Below, piece after piece: positions 38,451 to 48,429 of a stretch of DNA of 64,000 bases. Within the stretch, counting starts at the first letter, position 1. The number at the start of each line of letters is the position of its first letter. The notes under the pieces were generated by a model. That model made no database searches and was not told where the DNA came from. It saw only the letters and a program-made list of their open reading frames with translations. Source of the stretch: Candidatus Uabimicrobium helgolandensis (GTDB lineage Bacteria; Planctomycetota; Uabimicrobiia; Uabimicrobiales; Uabimicrobiaceae); the NCBI RefSeq assembly GCF_041508025.1, contig NZ_CP165719.1, positions 736,023 through 800,022 of the forward strand. The letters run 5' to 3'. The translations under genes and the position numbers were made by a program.

Positions 38451-40604
38451 ATGAAGATACTATGGTTGTGCATTATCTTACTACTACCGTGCTTACAAGC
38501 GCAATTTGATATGCCAGATCCTGTAGATGCAGAACTTATTTCGCAACAACAAACCGTTGAGCCTGGCTCCTCGTTTTGGGTTGCTGTTAATTTGAAAATA
38601 GAAGACCACTGGCATACCTACTGGCGAAATCCTGGGTCTTCAGGTTTGCCTACAACTATTAAGTGGACACTACCAAAAGGAGTGACAGCGAGTGATATTC
38701 ATTGGGCAACACCACAGTGGATAAAATCAAGTGGTTTAGTCTCTCTTGCTTACGAACACGAAGTAGCGCATCTTGTCAAGATATCAGTGGCAAAAAACTT
38801 TGCCGAGAAAACCCTTAAACTTAGTGCGGCAGTAGATTGGTTAGTTTGTTCAGATGTCGGCAAACTTGCTGGTTGTTATCCTGGCGATGCTAAATTGACA
38901 ACATCTGTTGCAATAGGTAAGTCGCAAGAAAGCGATAAAAACAAAAAGTTTTTTAGTAAAGCCCATGCGCAATTACCAAAAACAAATGACAAGTGGCAAG
39001 TTTTAGCTAGTCGTGACAATAAGACTGTACGAATATTTCTTGTTGATGGTAGCAGTGCACAACAAAAATATGAAAATATGACGTTTTTTCCTCACCAAGA
39101 GTTCTTTAAACTAGAATCACCACAAAAATTTTCTTATGAAAATGGGGTGTATGTTATTGAAACTGAACTTGCAAGTACTGCTCCCAAAAAACTAAAAGAG
39201 GCTTTTGGAGAGATAAAGCTTGCAAATGGAAATTTACTGATATCAGTGGGAGTTATCAACCAAAAACTAGATTCGCAACAAGTAAAAGACTTAGTGAAAA
39301 ACGGTGGTATTGACAATCTTTCAACTACAGAGAGCTCTGATATTCTCGCAATATTATTTAATGTGTTTTTCGCATTTTTAGGCGGAATTATACTTAATGC
39401 AATGCCTTGTGTCCTTCCGGTAATCTCATTGAAGATTTTTGGATTCATTGAAGATGCCGGAGGAGACAAAAGTAAAATTTGGAAAAGTGGTCTTGCTTTT
39501 ACAGCAGGTGTTTTGGTGTCTTTTTGGATATTAGTTGGACTTTTATTTGCAATACGTGATTTTGGTCTTTTTGGTATAGAAGGTGCTGGATGGGGATATC
39601 AATTACAATCTCCTACTTTTGTTATTGCTTTAGTTATGGGCATAGTTTTGTTTTCATTGAACTTATTCGGCGTATTTGAAATTGGAACTTCACTAACAAG
39701 TGTTGGAAGCCAAACTAAGAAATCAGGGCTACTTTCATCGTTTTTGACAGGTGTGTTTACTACTATTATTGCGACACCATGTAGTGCTCCATTTATGGCA
39801 GCAGCGGTTGGTTTTGCAATGGCTCAAACTACAATAATTGGATTTTCTATTTTTACATCTCTTGCTTTAGGATTGGCATTCCCTTATCTAATGTTGTCTT
39901 TTTTTCCAAGTTGGTTAAGTGTACTACCGAAACCTGGGCGCTGGATGGAATCTCTTAAGAAATCTTTAGCGTTTCCTTTATTGGGAGCAGCAGTATGGCT
40001 ATTTTCTATTTTTGTGGTACTGATGGCCGAAAACGTTGCACAAGCAGAATATGTTGTATTCTACGGCTTAGCAGGTGCCTTTTTTCTAACACTTGCCGCT
40101 TGGATTTATGGTCGTTGGGGAATGGTCGGTAGCAAAAAACGTCCTCAAGGAATTGCTTACACTTTGATATGTGCTGCCGTAACAATTTATTGTTGTTATG
40201 CTTCTTTAAATCCACCATTTGAAACTTGGGTAAAGTTTTCACCGCAAAAAGTTGAACAACTGTTAGAAGAAGATAAACCAGTGTTTATTGACTTTACAGC
40301 TTCGTGGTGCATTACTTGCCAAGCAAATAAAAAAAATGCCTTACGTACAGATAAAGTAACTGAGCAATTTGCAAAATATGGCGTGGTAACAGTGACAGCT
40401 GACTGGACAAAGCGCGATAAAGTGATTGGCGATTACTTGCAAAAATTTGGAAGAAACAGTGTTCCTTTATATCTGCTTTATCATGGCAAGAGCGGTGAAT
40501 ATACAATATTACCACAATTACTTACCACAAGTATTGTTATTGAGGCTCTTGAGAAAAATCTAATTTTGCCACAAAAAGAAAAGCCAGAGGAGTTGAAAAA
40601 ATAA
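38451..40604 (+). CDS. dsbD: Thiol:disulfide interchange protein DsbD (N-terminal periplasmic domain, 8-TM core, C-terminal thioredoxin domain)
   Basis: It has a signal peptide. The TM-core Cys motifs are CVLPVISLKI and ATPCSAPF. The C-terminal thioredoxin CxxC is FTASWCITCQ. Confidence 0.85.
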   Translation: MKILWLCIILLLPCLQAQFDMPDPVDAELISQQQTVEPGSSFWVAVNLKIEDHWHTYWRNPGSSGLPTTIKWTLPKGVTASDIHWATPQWIKSSGLVSLAYEHEVAHLVKISVAKNFAEKTLKLSAAVDWLVCSDVGKLAGCYPGDAKLTTSVAIGKSQESDKNKKFFSKAHAQLPKTNDKWQVLASRDNKTVRIFLVDGSSAQQKYENMTFFPHQEFFKLESPQKFSYENGVYVIETELASTAPKKLKEAFGEIKLANGNLLISVGVINQKLDSQQVKDLVKNGGIDNLSTTESSDILAILFNVFFAFLGGIILNAMPCVLPVISLKIFGFIEDAGGDKSKIWKSGLAFTAGVLVSFWILVGLLFAIRDFGLFGIEGAGWGYQLQSPTFVIALVMGIVLFSLNLFGVFEIGTSLTSVGSQTKKSGLLSSFLTGVFTTIIATPCSAPFMAAAVGFAMAQTTIIGFSIFTSLALGLAFPYLMLSFFPSWLSVLPKPGRWMESLKKSLAFPLLGAAVWLFSIFVVLMAENVAQAEYVVFYGLAGAFFLTLAAWIYGRWGMVGSKKRPQGIAYTLICAAVTIYCCYASLNPPFETWVKFSPQKVEQLLEEDKPVFIDFTASWCITCQANKKNALRTDKVTEQFAKYGVVTVTADWTKRDKVIGDYLQKFGRNSVPLYLLYHGKSGEYTILPQLLTTSIVIEALEKNLILPQKEKPEELKK

Positions 40605-40606
40605 AA

Positions 40607-41704
40607 ATGAGCATTGAACAAAATTCCTACACAGTACCAGGAAGATATTGGACAATGCTAGACAACGGCAAAGTTCGCTGCGATCTTTGCCCACGTTATT
40701 GTAAATTACAAGAAAACCAGCGCGGACTATGTTTTGTCCGCGCTCGCAAGAACGATCAAGTGGTCTTGACGACATATGGTCGTTCAAGTGGTTTTTGCGT
40801 TGACCCTATTGAAAAAAAGCCACTCAATCATTTTCTTCCTGGCACTCCTATTCTTTCATTTGGTACAGCAGGTTGCAATCTCACATGTAAATTTTGCCAA
40901 AATTGGGATATTAGTAAATCGCGACAAATAGATACTCTTGCTGATAGCGCTTCGCCACAGCTCATTGCTAAAGCAGCACAGGAACTGGGATGTTCAAGTG
41001 TTGCTTTTACTTATAATGACCCTGTTATCTTTTTAGAATACGCGGTAGATGTCGCCAAAGAATGTCGTAAATTGGGTATCAAAACTGTTGCGGTAACCGC
41101 AGGAGAGATATGCGAAGAACCCCGCCGTGAATTCTTTGATCACATTGATGCTGCTAATGTTGATTTAAAAGCTTTTACACAAAAATTTTACAAGGAAATT
41201 TGTACAGGAGATTTGCAAACAGTTCTTGATACACTAGTTTATTTAAAGCATAATACCAATGTATGGTTTGAAACAACAACCTTGCTAATTCCAGGAGAAA
41301 ATGATTCTTCGCAAGAAATCGACGCTATGACATCTTGGGTCGTTGATAATCTCGGTCCTGAAATTCCCATGCATTTTACTGCTTTTCATCCTGATTGGAA
41401 AATGTTAGATAAACCGCGTACACCTCCAGAAACACTATCTATGGCTCGCGAAATTGCCATAAAAAATGGCGTTCGTTATGCTTACACTGGTAATGTTCAT
41501 GATAAGAAAGGTGGTAGTACGATTTGTCACCATTGTGGGGAATCACTTATTGTCCGAGATTGGTATGTGCTCCACAAGTGGAATTTGCAGCAAGATGGGC
41601 TTTGTAAAAACTGTAAAGTGAAGTGTGCAGGTGTTTTTGAAGAAAAACCTGGGAACTGGGGAACTAAGCGTTTACCTGTACGTCTAAAAGATTTTGTTGT
41701 CTAA
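40607..41704 (+). CDS. AmmeMemoRadiSam-system-type radical SAM enzyme (PFL-activase-like)
   Basis: The N-terminal Cys cluster is CDLCPRYC…C, the radical SAM CxxxCxxC is CNLTCKFCQNW and the C-terminal cluster is CHHCG…CKNCKVKC. The ATG lies 2 nt after the dsbD stop. Confidence 0.75.
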   Translation: MSIEQNSYTVPGRYWTMLDNGKVRCDLCPRYCKLQENQRGLCFVRARKNDQVVLTTYGRSSGFCVDPIEKKPLNHFLPGTPILSFGTAGCNLTCKFCQNWDISKSRQIDTLADSASPQLIAKAAQELGCSSVAFTYNDPVIFLEYAVDVAKECRKLGIKTVAVTAGEICEEPRREFFDHIDAANVDLKAFTQKFYKEICTGDLQTVLDTLVYLKHNTNVWFETTTLLIPGENDSSQEIDAMTSWVVDNLGPEIPMHFTAFHPDWKMLDKPRTPPETLSMAREIAIKNGVRYAYTGNVHDKKGGSTICHHCGESLIVRDWYVLHKWNLQQDGLCKNCKVKCAGVFEEKPGNWGTKRLPVRLKDFVV

Positions 41705-41774
41705 AATCTTAGAAATATTATGTTGAAAAAGATTACCATTTTTACTGTTCCTTAGCCCGAACAAGGAGAAGTGT

Positions 41775-43826
41775 ATGTCCACAAATCAAAATCGACACAA
41801 GGAAAAGCAAAAAAGTCAAACAGTAGAAACGTTATTTACTACTTCACAAAACCTTGTAGATTCAGAAGAAAATCAAGAATTAGCAACACAACATACGATG
41901 ATTGATAATTCTCAATTGCACACGCCACCAGCGAAAACAGAGCATACGATTGTTGAAAATAAGACAGCGCAAACGCAGCAAACAGTTCTATTCAATTCTC
42001 AGGAACGAATTGATTGCGAAGAACGAACGCGACAAACAATAGTTCAAAAAGATTCACTACAAACAAAATTGCCTGCTGTTTTTGCAGAAAAATACGAAGT
42101 ATTAGGTATTTTAGGTTCTGGAGCAATGGGAAAAGTATTTAAAGCTCTAGATAAAACTTCTAATCAACAAGTGGCCATTAAAGTAATCCACAAAAGTCAG
42201 GAAGATTCTCAGGATATAGTGAAGCGGTTTTATCGCGAATCAAAATTACTAGAGAAGTTAAATCATCCTCATATTATTAAGATTTATGAACAAGGAGAAT
42301 ATGAAGGACAACCTTATTTTGTCATGGACCTTGTACAGGGAACAACTTTAACAGCTGTATTGAAACAAAAAAATTATCCACTAAGACGCAAATTATCTTT
42401 ATTAATCCAAGTGCTTGAGGCAGTTGATTGTGCTCATAACGAAGGTGTCATTCACCGTGATTTAAAACCAGACAACATAATGGTGACTCCAAAAGCAAAA
42501 GCCCTTGTTATGGATTTTGGTATCGCACGCGATCAAGATGATCAAAACGCAACTAAATTAACAAAAACTGGCATGTTAGTAGGAACACCTCTTTATATGT
42601 CTCCAGAACAAATTAACGGAGAGAAAGTAACAGATGCCAGCGATATTTATACCTTGGGTGTTATTATGTATGAAATCATTACTGGAAAAGTCCCTTTTTG
42701 CGGAAATCTTAGCAAGATTATGTGGCAAGTAGCTCACAGTGATCCTACCCATCCTCGCGAAGTGTCCAACAATATAGCTAAAGATTTATCAAAAATATGT
42801 TTGAAAGCTATGGCAAAAGAACAAGAGGAACGTTATACAACAGCAAAGGCTATGGCAGACGATATCAGGTGTTATTTAAAGGGGCAAAAAATATCTGCTA
42901 AATCTTCTTTTGGTGTAAAAAAATGGGTCTCTAAAAATCGTAATTCTTTACTGTTACCATGTGTGGTTTTGATTGTAGGACTTATATTTTTAAGTCAAAA
43001 CAAAGACAAAATAACAGGCGAAAATAATGTGGTAGAAAATGATGGGCAAAATTTAGAAAACTCTGTAACAAAACGAAATGATACTGTTAACGATAAGCAT
43101 CCAAAAGATAAGTTTGGTAGACCACACGACGACGGACCACATGGTCAAAATAAACACCCACACAACGACAGACCACACCACGACAGACCACACGATAACG
43201 GACCACATGATAAAAATAAACATCCACACGACGACAGACTACATGATCAAGAGCCAAATGACGAAGACAAACATTCAGAAGATGGGAGACTGCATAAAGA
43301 ACCGCACCATAAAAATAAACGCCCAGGTAGATCACATGACAAAGAACTACACGACGAAGATAAACAGCCCAGAAATAATTTTGGCAGACATCATGGCAAA
43401 AATAAACGCTCAGAAAATAGTAGATTGCATGATAGAGATAAACGCCGTAATAAACTTGACAAGCCAATAGATGAAGAGTTTTTCGATGAAGAACTCGAAG
43501 ATAATTTTGGCGAAGATAGACCACGTCGCCGTAGATTTGAAGATATAGAAGAGCGTGTAGATAAAAGATTTGAACGCGGTAATCGAAATGTAGATAAAAG
43601 ATTCGAAAACGGTGAACACCCAAATCGACGTAATAGGCTTGGATCAATAGATAGAAAAAAAATATCTCGCAGCGAAATGCATAAATTAAATAAGCACTTT
43701 CGTTTTTGTAAAGAGTGTCACCATCTTTTGCGTAAAAACCGTATCAAACCAAGTCGTCCTCCGCGGTTAGCAAAATTACCAAAAGAAATCTTCTTAAAAA
43801 TTAAAGCGCATGCTGAAAAAGAGTAA
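41775..43826 (+). CDS. Membrane Ser/Thr protein kinase with C-terminal His/Asp/Pro-rich repeat region and Arg-rich tail
   Basis: The kinase motifs GSGAMGKV, AIK, HRDLKPDNIMV, DFGIA and SPE are present. A TM helix (LLLPCVVLIVGLIFLS) follows. The tail has repeats of the form [KN]KHPH[DN]DRPH, then R/E-rich segments and a CKECHH motif. The RBS AAGGAG lies 6 nt upstream. Confidence 0.85.
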   Translation: MSTNQNRHKEKQKSQTVETLFTTSQNLVDSEENQELATQHTMIDNSQLHTPPAKTEHTIVENKTAQTQQTVLFNSQERIDCEERTRQTIVQKDSLQTKLPAVFAEKYEVLGILGSGAMGKVFKALDKTSNQQVAIKVIHKSQEDSQDIVKRFYRESKLLEKLNHPHIIKIYEQGEYEGQPYFVMDLVQGTTLTAVLKQKNYPLRRKLSLLIQVLEAVDCAHNEGVIHRDLKPDNIMVTPKAKALVMDFGIARDQDDQNATKLTKTGMLVGTPLYMSPEQINGEKVTDASDIYTLGVIMYEIITGKVPFCGNLSKIMWQVAHSDPTHPREVSNNIAKDLSKICLKAMAKEQEERYTTAKAMADDIRCYLKGQKISAKSSFGVKKWVSKNRNSLLLPCVVLIVGLIFLSQNKDKITGENNVVENDGQNLENSVTKRNDTVNDKHPKDKFGRPHDDGPHGQNKHPHNDRPHHDRPHDNGPHDKNKHPHDDRLHDQEPNDEDKHSEDGRLHKEPHHKNKRPGRSHDKELHDEDKQPRNNFGRHHGKNKRSENSRLHDRDKRRNKLDKPIDEEFFDEELEDNFGEDRPRRRRFEDIEERVDKRFERGNRNVDKRFENGEHPNRRNRLGSIDRKKISRSEMHKLNKHFRFCKECHHLLRKNRIKPSRPPRLAKLPKEIFLKIKAHAEKE

Positions 43827-43886
43827 GATGCTACATGAAAATTGAAATAGCGATGTTTTTTACATTTGATAATGGAATTAAGAGAC

Positions 43887-43928
43887 TTAGCTTTCCTTTC
43901 CCACTGGAGCTACGGAAAGGAAAGCTAA
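43887..43928. terminator. Bidirectional terminator hairpin (15-bp stem, 12-nt loop) between convergent genes
   Basis: ttagctttcctttcc-cactggagctac-ggaaaggaaagctaa. Confidence 0.6.
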
Positions 43929-44003
43929 ATCTTTTATCAAAAAATAATTGTGAGTTACGAATTTAGCGAGAATACATCGTTTTTTACGATGTTCTCTTCA
44001 CAA

Positions 44004-45683
44004 TTAATGACGTATGTAGTAAAAATAATCTACTTGCGGCATAAAACTTTCTCCTGCCTTAATTGTTTTTTTCCATTTCACAGTGGTGCTATTGTTTACG
44101 GCAGAACTACCACGGTAATTATTCCAATCTCTACTATTGTAAGCGTGTAGAGTTACGTTGCCATCATCTGAAGCTTGTGTTGCTTTACCACCAAAAGCAA
44201 AAATAATTTCAATATCAATTGCTCCACGTTTATTATTGCAAACATCTAATTTTGCTTGGTTGTTTACTTTTACATAGTGATATCCATCCCACTTCAAATC
44301 ACGTGGTTGGCGTTTAGTTTCTTTTTCGTTAACAGTCCCCTGAATATCCACAGCGATAGTTACTGGTACGCGAACTTTACTTCCAGAAGATGTATATGTA
44401 AGAAGTTCTTGGGCTAGAGGTTGTTGACCTTGCATAATCATTGCTGCTCCGGTTGTCCACGGAAGTTCCGTATTGTTTAGCAATTCAATTTCATGCCAAA
44501 TTTTATTCTCTGAAAACTCTAACTGCGTTCTATTTTTACTAGAGTAACTTAAATTATGCTTGATAGCAGCTTTCCACGTGTAAATATCGCGGTACTTAAC
44601 CTTCGCGGTAAAGATATGAACTGCTGCACGTCCACCTTTTCGAATAGTGAGTTTCGGTAATTTGTAAACAAATAAATCCTGCGAACCTTTTGCTGTAAGT
44701 TCTGAAGGCAAAGTAACATTTCCACTTTGTTGCGAACGTTGAGGAGCGCTATATGCATTTATTTGTTGCAAACTAACTGCAGCATTGGAAAAAGAGTTTG
44801 TTCGATTTTGACGTTGAGAATTGCGTAATACATTGCGTAAAGTATTTTCTAAACTCAGAGGACTTACCGTATCGCGAAAACGAAAATTGGGAACACCTAC
44901 CACTATATCCATTGGAACATCTAATAAATCTTCATTTTCATTGATAATTTCCGCTTGTAGTGAAATTGCGGCGATATTTTTGGGTTGCAAGTCAATGCGG
45001 TAAGAAGGAATCCAACGCATTCCAGGAGTAAAATACATTAGAGTAATGTTGTGTTTTTTATTTGCTTGTGCAAAATGAAAAGTCAGTTGTTTACGGCGCT
45101 CTTTGGTTTCGATCTTACGTTTTATTGTCGTTATCATATTGCGAACAAATAAACTACGAATTTGCGATACTGGTAGTAGCATGTCTCCTGTTTCGGTACG
45201 CAACACAAAATAAGAGCCTGAAATGCTTGAAATGGTTGCTTGTGAATTTTGCGTATTAAATACATTCTGTGACAAATTACTCACTGACTTACTTAGTAAA
45301 ACACGATGAATTCTTCCTTCGTATTTTGTTTTATCATTCATGACTATTTTGCATTTTTTGCCTTTGTTTACTTCTAGAATTTCAACATACTCAGTACAAG
45401 TAAAATCTTTTTCTTCGGTTTTTGTAACTTCGCGCCACTCAGCATTTAAACTGGTAATATCGGCCTCTTTTGCTGTTGCCCATAGCGAACCAAGAACAGC
45501 TGATTGCGGGACGTCATAGCTTATGATTTCACCTTTATCATTAGAAGTTGCACTTCCTTTTTTCACAACGAGACAATAACCATCTTTAAAAACAATGACC
45601 CTTTGTGTTTTAAATTTAATATCAACTGCGCCAACAAAAATAAACGAGAATGAAACAACTGCAAGCAATGTATATTTATACAT
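44004..45683 (-). CDS. Secreted beta-rich hypothetical protein (possibly DUF4139-like)
   Basis: The signal peptide is MYKYTLLAVVSFSFIFVGA, and the RBS TAAGGA lies upstream. No catalytic motif was recognised. Confidence 0.55.
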   Translation of the reverse strand: MYKYTLLAVVSFSFIFVGAVDIKFKTQRVIVFKDGYCLVVKKGSATSNDKGEIISYDVPQSAVLGSLWATAKEADITSLNAEWREVTKTEEKDFTCTEYVEILEVNKGKKCKIVMNDKTKYEGRIHRVLLSKSVSNLSQNVFNTQNSQATISSISGSYFVLRTETGDMLLPVSQIRSLFVRNMITTIKRKIETKERRKQLTFHFAQANKKHNITLMYFTPGMRWIPSYRIDLQPKNIAAISLQAEIINENEDLLDVPMDIVVGVPNFRFRDTVSPLSLENTLRNVLRNSQRQNRTNSFSNAAVSLQQINAYSAPQRSQQSGNVTLPSELTAKGSQDLFVYKLPKLTIRKGGRAAVHIFTAKVKYRDIYTWKAAIKHNLSYSSKNRTQLEFSENKIWHEIELLNNTELPWTTGAAMIMQGQQPLAQELLTYTSSGSKVRVPVTIAVDIQGTVNEKETKRQPRDLKWDGYHYVKVNNQAKLDVCNNKRGAIDIEIIFAFGGKATQASDDGNVTLHAYNSRDWNNYRGSSAVNNSTTVKWKKTIKAGESFMPQVDYFYYIRH

Positions 45684-45807
45684 AATAGCGTCCTTAAGTA
45701 ATCTTGTTGTAAGAAAAGTAACATCACGTACAATATACCATAGTATCAGAGTTTCTTTTGTAACAGGTTTGTAAAAGAAGATGTTAGTTTATGTGAGTTA
45801 AAGAAAT

Positions 45808-45840
45808 CACAAGTGCATGACATAAAACGATGCACTTGTG
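45808..45840. terminator. Perfect 11-bp inverted repeat (cacaagtgcat-N11-atgcacttgtg) just downstream of the ABC operon and in the upstream region of gene 44004-45683
   Basis: Seen directly in the sequence. It could be the terminator of the permease operon or an operator. Confidence 0.5.
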
Positions 45841-45849
45841 GATACTACT

Positions 45850-47493
45850 TTATTTCATATTGAGAATTTCTTGTTCTTCTTCTTCTAATTTTTTCCATCG
45901 TTGTAGGGAAGATCTTCTATTTTGAAAATGAAAAATGACCCCAATAAACAAGTATATAAAAATGTGATAGTAGTGGAGAGGAATTTCATAGATCAAATAA
46001 TTATAGTAAGTAGTTTTCAAATCCGCAACAGGAGCTAGGCTTAGTCCAAAACATAAGCTAGGTGATAAATATTGAAGATTAGCTAGGTTTGCACCAAAAT
46101 AATTTTCTGCCTCCATGTAGAACAAAGCATAAAGAGGTAAAAGCACAACTAAAAATAATGAGATACAAAAAAGAATGGCGCGGCGAAAACCTGCTTGTTT
46201 AATTCGAAAAGATAAGAATGTTGAAAGCATACAAAAAAAGTAGGTAAAGCTAAAAACGACTAATCCTGAAATGGCTAGTTGCTCGATATAGCTATGAGTA
46301 TATTTTTTAAAAAAACGATTATTTTTTATACCAAGTGATTCCACTAAAAACATAGTACCTACTAAGAAGATTAGCATCCACAAGATACTCATTGTACAGA
46401 CAAAACGCCCTCCTCGGTAAGATCCGGGTCCTAAAAGGGTGATGAATAATTTCCAATTAAATATTTTCCGTATACGACCAGCTTTCAAATACTCCGATAA
46501 ACGCTTCATAACAAATTTTTCTGGTACGGCATTTTCTCCTGCAAAGCCAATTGCCCCAATTAAGGAAAGTAGGCCTACTACCCCAAAGCAAAAACCACTG
46601 CTGACAATAATCATCTCATAATCTAGTTTTTGCCCTACAGAGAATATCGTGTTTATATAGTAGGTAAGAAAAATAGCAAGCAAACTTGTTCCGAATATTA
46701 CAAAGTACGCCCTAAGAGCTGTGGAACGATTGTTTGCATAGGTACGTAGAGAATTTTTTGCAACTAGATAAGGAGCAAAGATGAGCGAAAAAAATAGAAA
46801 AGGTGGCATAATATAAATTGTAAGAAAAACGTTTAGGCTTCCATAACCACCAATACTGATAAAAAAGCGGCTAATTTCGGAGAAATACAAATAATCTACA
46901 AGTAAATAAAATAATACTGGTGAGACAAAACTGTTTAATACAATAATAACAACATAACTTGCAATAATAGCACGCGTTATAGTCTTATATATACTTGAAA
47001 TAGCAAGACATAACATCACAATAAGAGCAGAATATGCAAACAAAACACCATATGTTATTGCAAGAAGATCAGGGGTTATTCCACCAAAAAGAAAAGCCAT
47101 CATCACTACAGGCAGTGAAGAAATTAAAAACATTGCGCAGTGAGTAAATGCTGAAAGAAATTTTCCCCAAACGATATCAGAGGGAGATAAATTTGCTGTA
47201 ACTAACAAATCGTATGTTTTGCCTTCTTTTTCCGAAATAATAGCGGTGCAACTAAAAGCTGGAAATACTAGACTAACAACAATGTATTGCATAATACTAA
47301 AAATCATAAATAAACTTTTACCTATACTTGCTGTTGCCATGCGTTCCATTGACATAAAGAAAAATCCCAGTAGCATAGCGCCGATCATAAGTAATATTGT
47401 AAGATTAAAAGTATAAAGAAAGCGTTTCGTGCGTAAGTGGGACCGCAACCCAAGTAAATGAATAGGGTTTATATATTTATCAAAGAATTCCAT
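45850..47493 (-). CDS. ABC transporter permease (ABC-2 type, about 12 TM)
   Basis: 547 aa, highly hydrophobic with repeated TM helices. Its start overlaps the ATPase stop (TAATG). Confidence 0.7.
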   Translation of the reverse strand: MEFFDKYINPIHLLGLRSHLRTKRFLYTFNLTILLMIGAMLLGFFFMSMERMATASIGKSLFMIFSIMQYIVVSLVFPAFSCTAIISEKEGKTYDLLVTANLSPSDIVWGKFLSAFTHCAMFLISSLPVVMMAFLFGGITPDLLAITYGVLFAYSALIVMLCLAISSIYKTITRAIIASYVVIIVLNSFVSPVLFYLLVDYLYFSEISRFFISIGGYGSLNVFLTIYIMPPFLFFSLIFAPYLVAKNSLRTYANNRSTALRAYFVIFGTSLLAIFLTYYINTIFSVGQKLDYEMIIVSSGFCFGVVGLLSLIGAIGFAGENAVPEKFVMKRLSEYLKAGRIRKIFNWKLFITLLGPGSYRGGRFVCTMSILWMLIFLVGTMFLVESLGIKNNRFFKKYTHSYIEQLAISGLVVFSFTYFFCMLSTFLSFRIKQAGFRRAILFCISLFLVVLLPLYALFYMEAENYFGANLANLQYLSPSLCFGLSLAPVADLKTTYYNYLIYEIPLHYYHIFIYLFIGVIFHFQNRRSSLQRWKKLEEEEQEILNMK

Positions 47494-48428
47494 TAGCTAA
47501 CCTCTCCTTGGGTTACCCTCATAAAAATATCTTCTAAATTACTTTGTGAAGATGTCACCTCTGTAATAGGAATATCGGCATTAACCAAGTTTTTTATTAC
47601 TAAATACAAGTTTTCTGTTTGTCCAGAATATTCAATTAAAATAGAATCATTTTCGTTGTGAACATTTATAATTTCATCGGTATTTTCTAATACGTTAAGC
47701 GCTGTTTCTATTTTCTCTTTGCTATGAATTTTGATGCGTACTTCTGTGTGATTTTTGCTAGAGAGTTGTGAAATCGTTTGTAGATTTCCACTTACAACTA
47801 AACCTCCTTTTTCAACAATTGCAACTGAATCAACAATATCCGAAAGTTCTGTTAGTATGTGACTTGAGATAAAGACAGTTTTGTTCATATTGCGTAGTTC
47901 TCTAAGAAGTGAGCGAAATTCAATACGAGCTCGCGGATCTAAACCAGCAGCAGGTTCGTCTAATATCAAAACATTTGGGTTGTGTAATAAAGTCTTTGCA
48001 AGACAAAGTCTTTGCTTCATTCCTTTTGATAGAGAAGAAACAAGCTTTGATTCTAGTTTTTGCAAGTCTGTCAATTCCATACAACCTTTTATTGTACCTG
48101 TACGGTTTTTTGGTGGAATACGATAGGAACGAGCAAAAAAATCTAGAAATTCAAAAATAGTTACATTATCGTATGTACCAAAATAGTCTGGCATGTATCC
48201 CATCGCCATACGAACTTTTTCTGGATCAGTATAGACACAGTGTCCATCAATCCAAGCGTTACCGCTATCTGGCTGCAATAAAGTAGCCAACATTTTTATG
48301 GTAGTTGTTTTTCCAGCACCGTTGGGACCGATAAATCCAAATATCTCGCCAGAAGGTACTTCAAATGACAAATTGTCCACGGCTAAAAAATTACCAAAAA
48401 TTTTTGTTAGGTTCTTCAACAAAATCAT
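47493..48428 (-). CDS. ABC transporter ATP-binding protein
   Basis: Walker A GPNGAGKTT, the signature LSKGMKQRL, Walker B LILDEPAAGLD and the H-loop SSH are present. Confidence 0.9.
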   Translation of the reverse strand: MILLKNLTKIFGNFLAVDNLSFEVPSGEIFGFIGPNGAGKTTTIKMLATLLQPDSGNAWIDGHCVYTDPEKVRMAMGYMPDYFGTYDNVTIFEFLDFFARSYRIPPKNRTGTIKGCMELTDLQKLESKLVSSLSKGMKQRLCLAKTLLHNPNVLILDEPAAGLDPRARIEFRSLLRELRNMNKTVFISSHILTELSDIVDSVAIVEKGGLVVSGNLQTISQLSSKNHTEVRIKIHSKEKIETALNVLENTDEIINVHNENDSILIEYSGQTENLYLVIKNLVNADIPITEVTSSQSNLEDIFMRVTQGEVS

Positions 48429-48429
48429 C

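Noticed and set aside
43078-43647. ORFs on both strands (43078-43470 +, 43087-43647 -, 43410-43619 -) rich in HTTTDH or YLHxxxY repeats
   Set aside because: They are frame-shifted or antisense readings of the His/Asp-rich repetitive tail of the Ser/Thr kinase gene 41775-43826.
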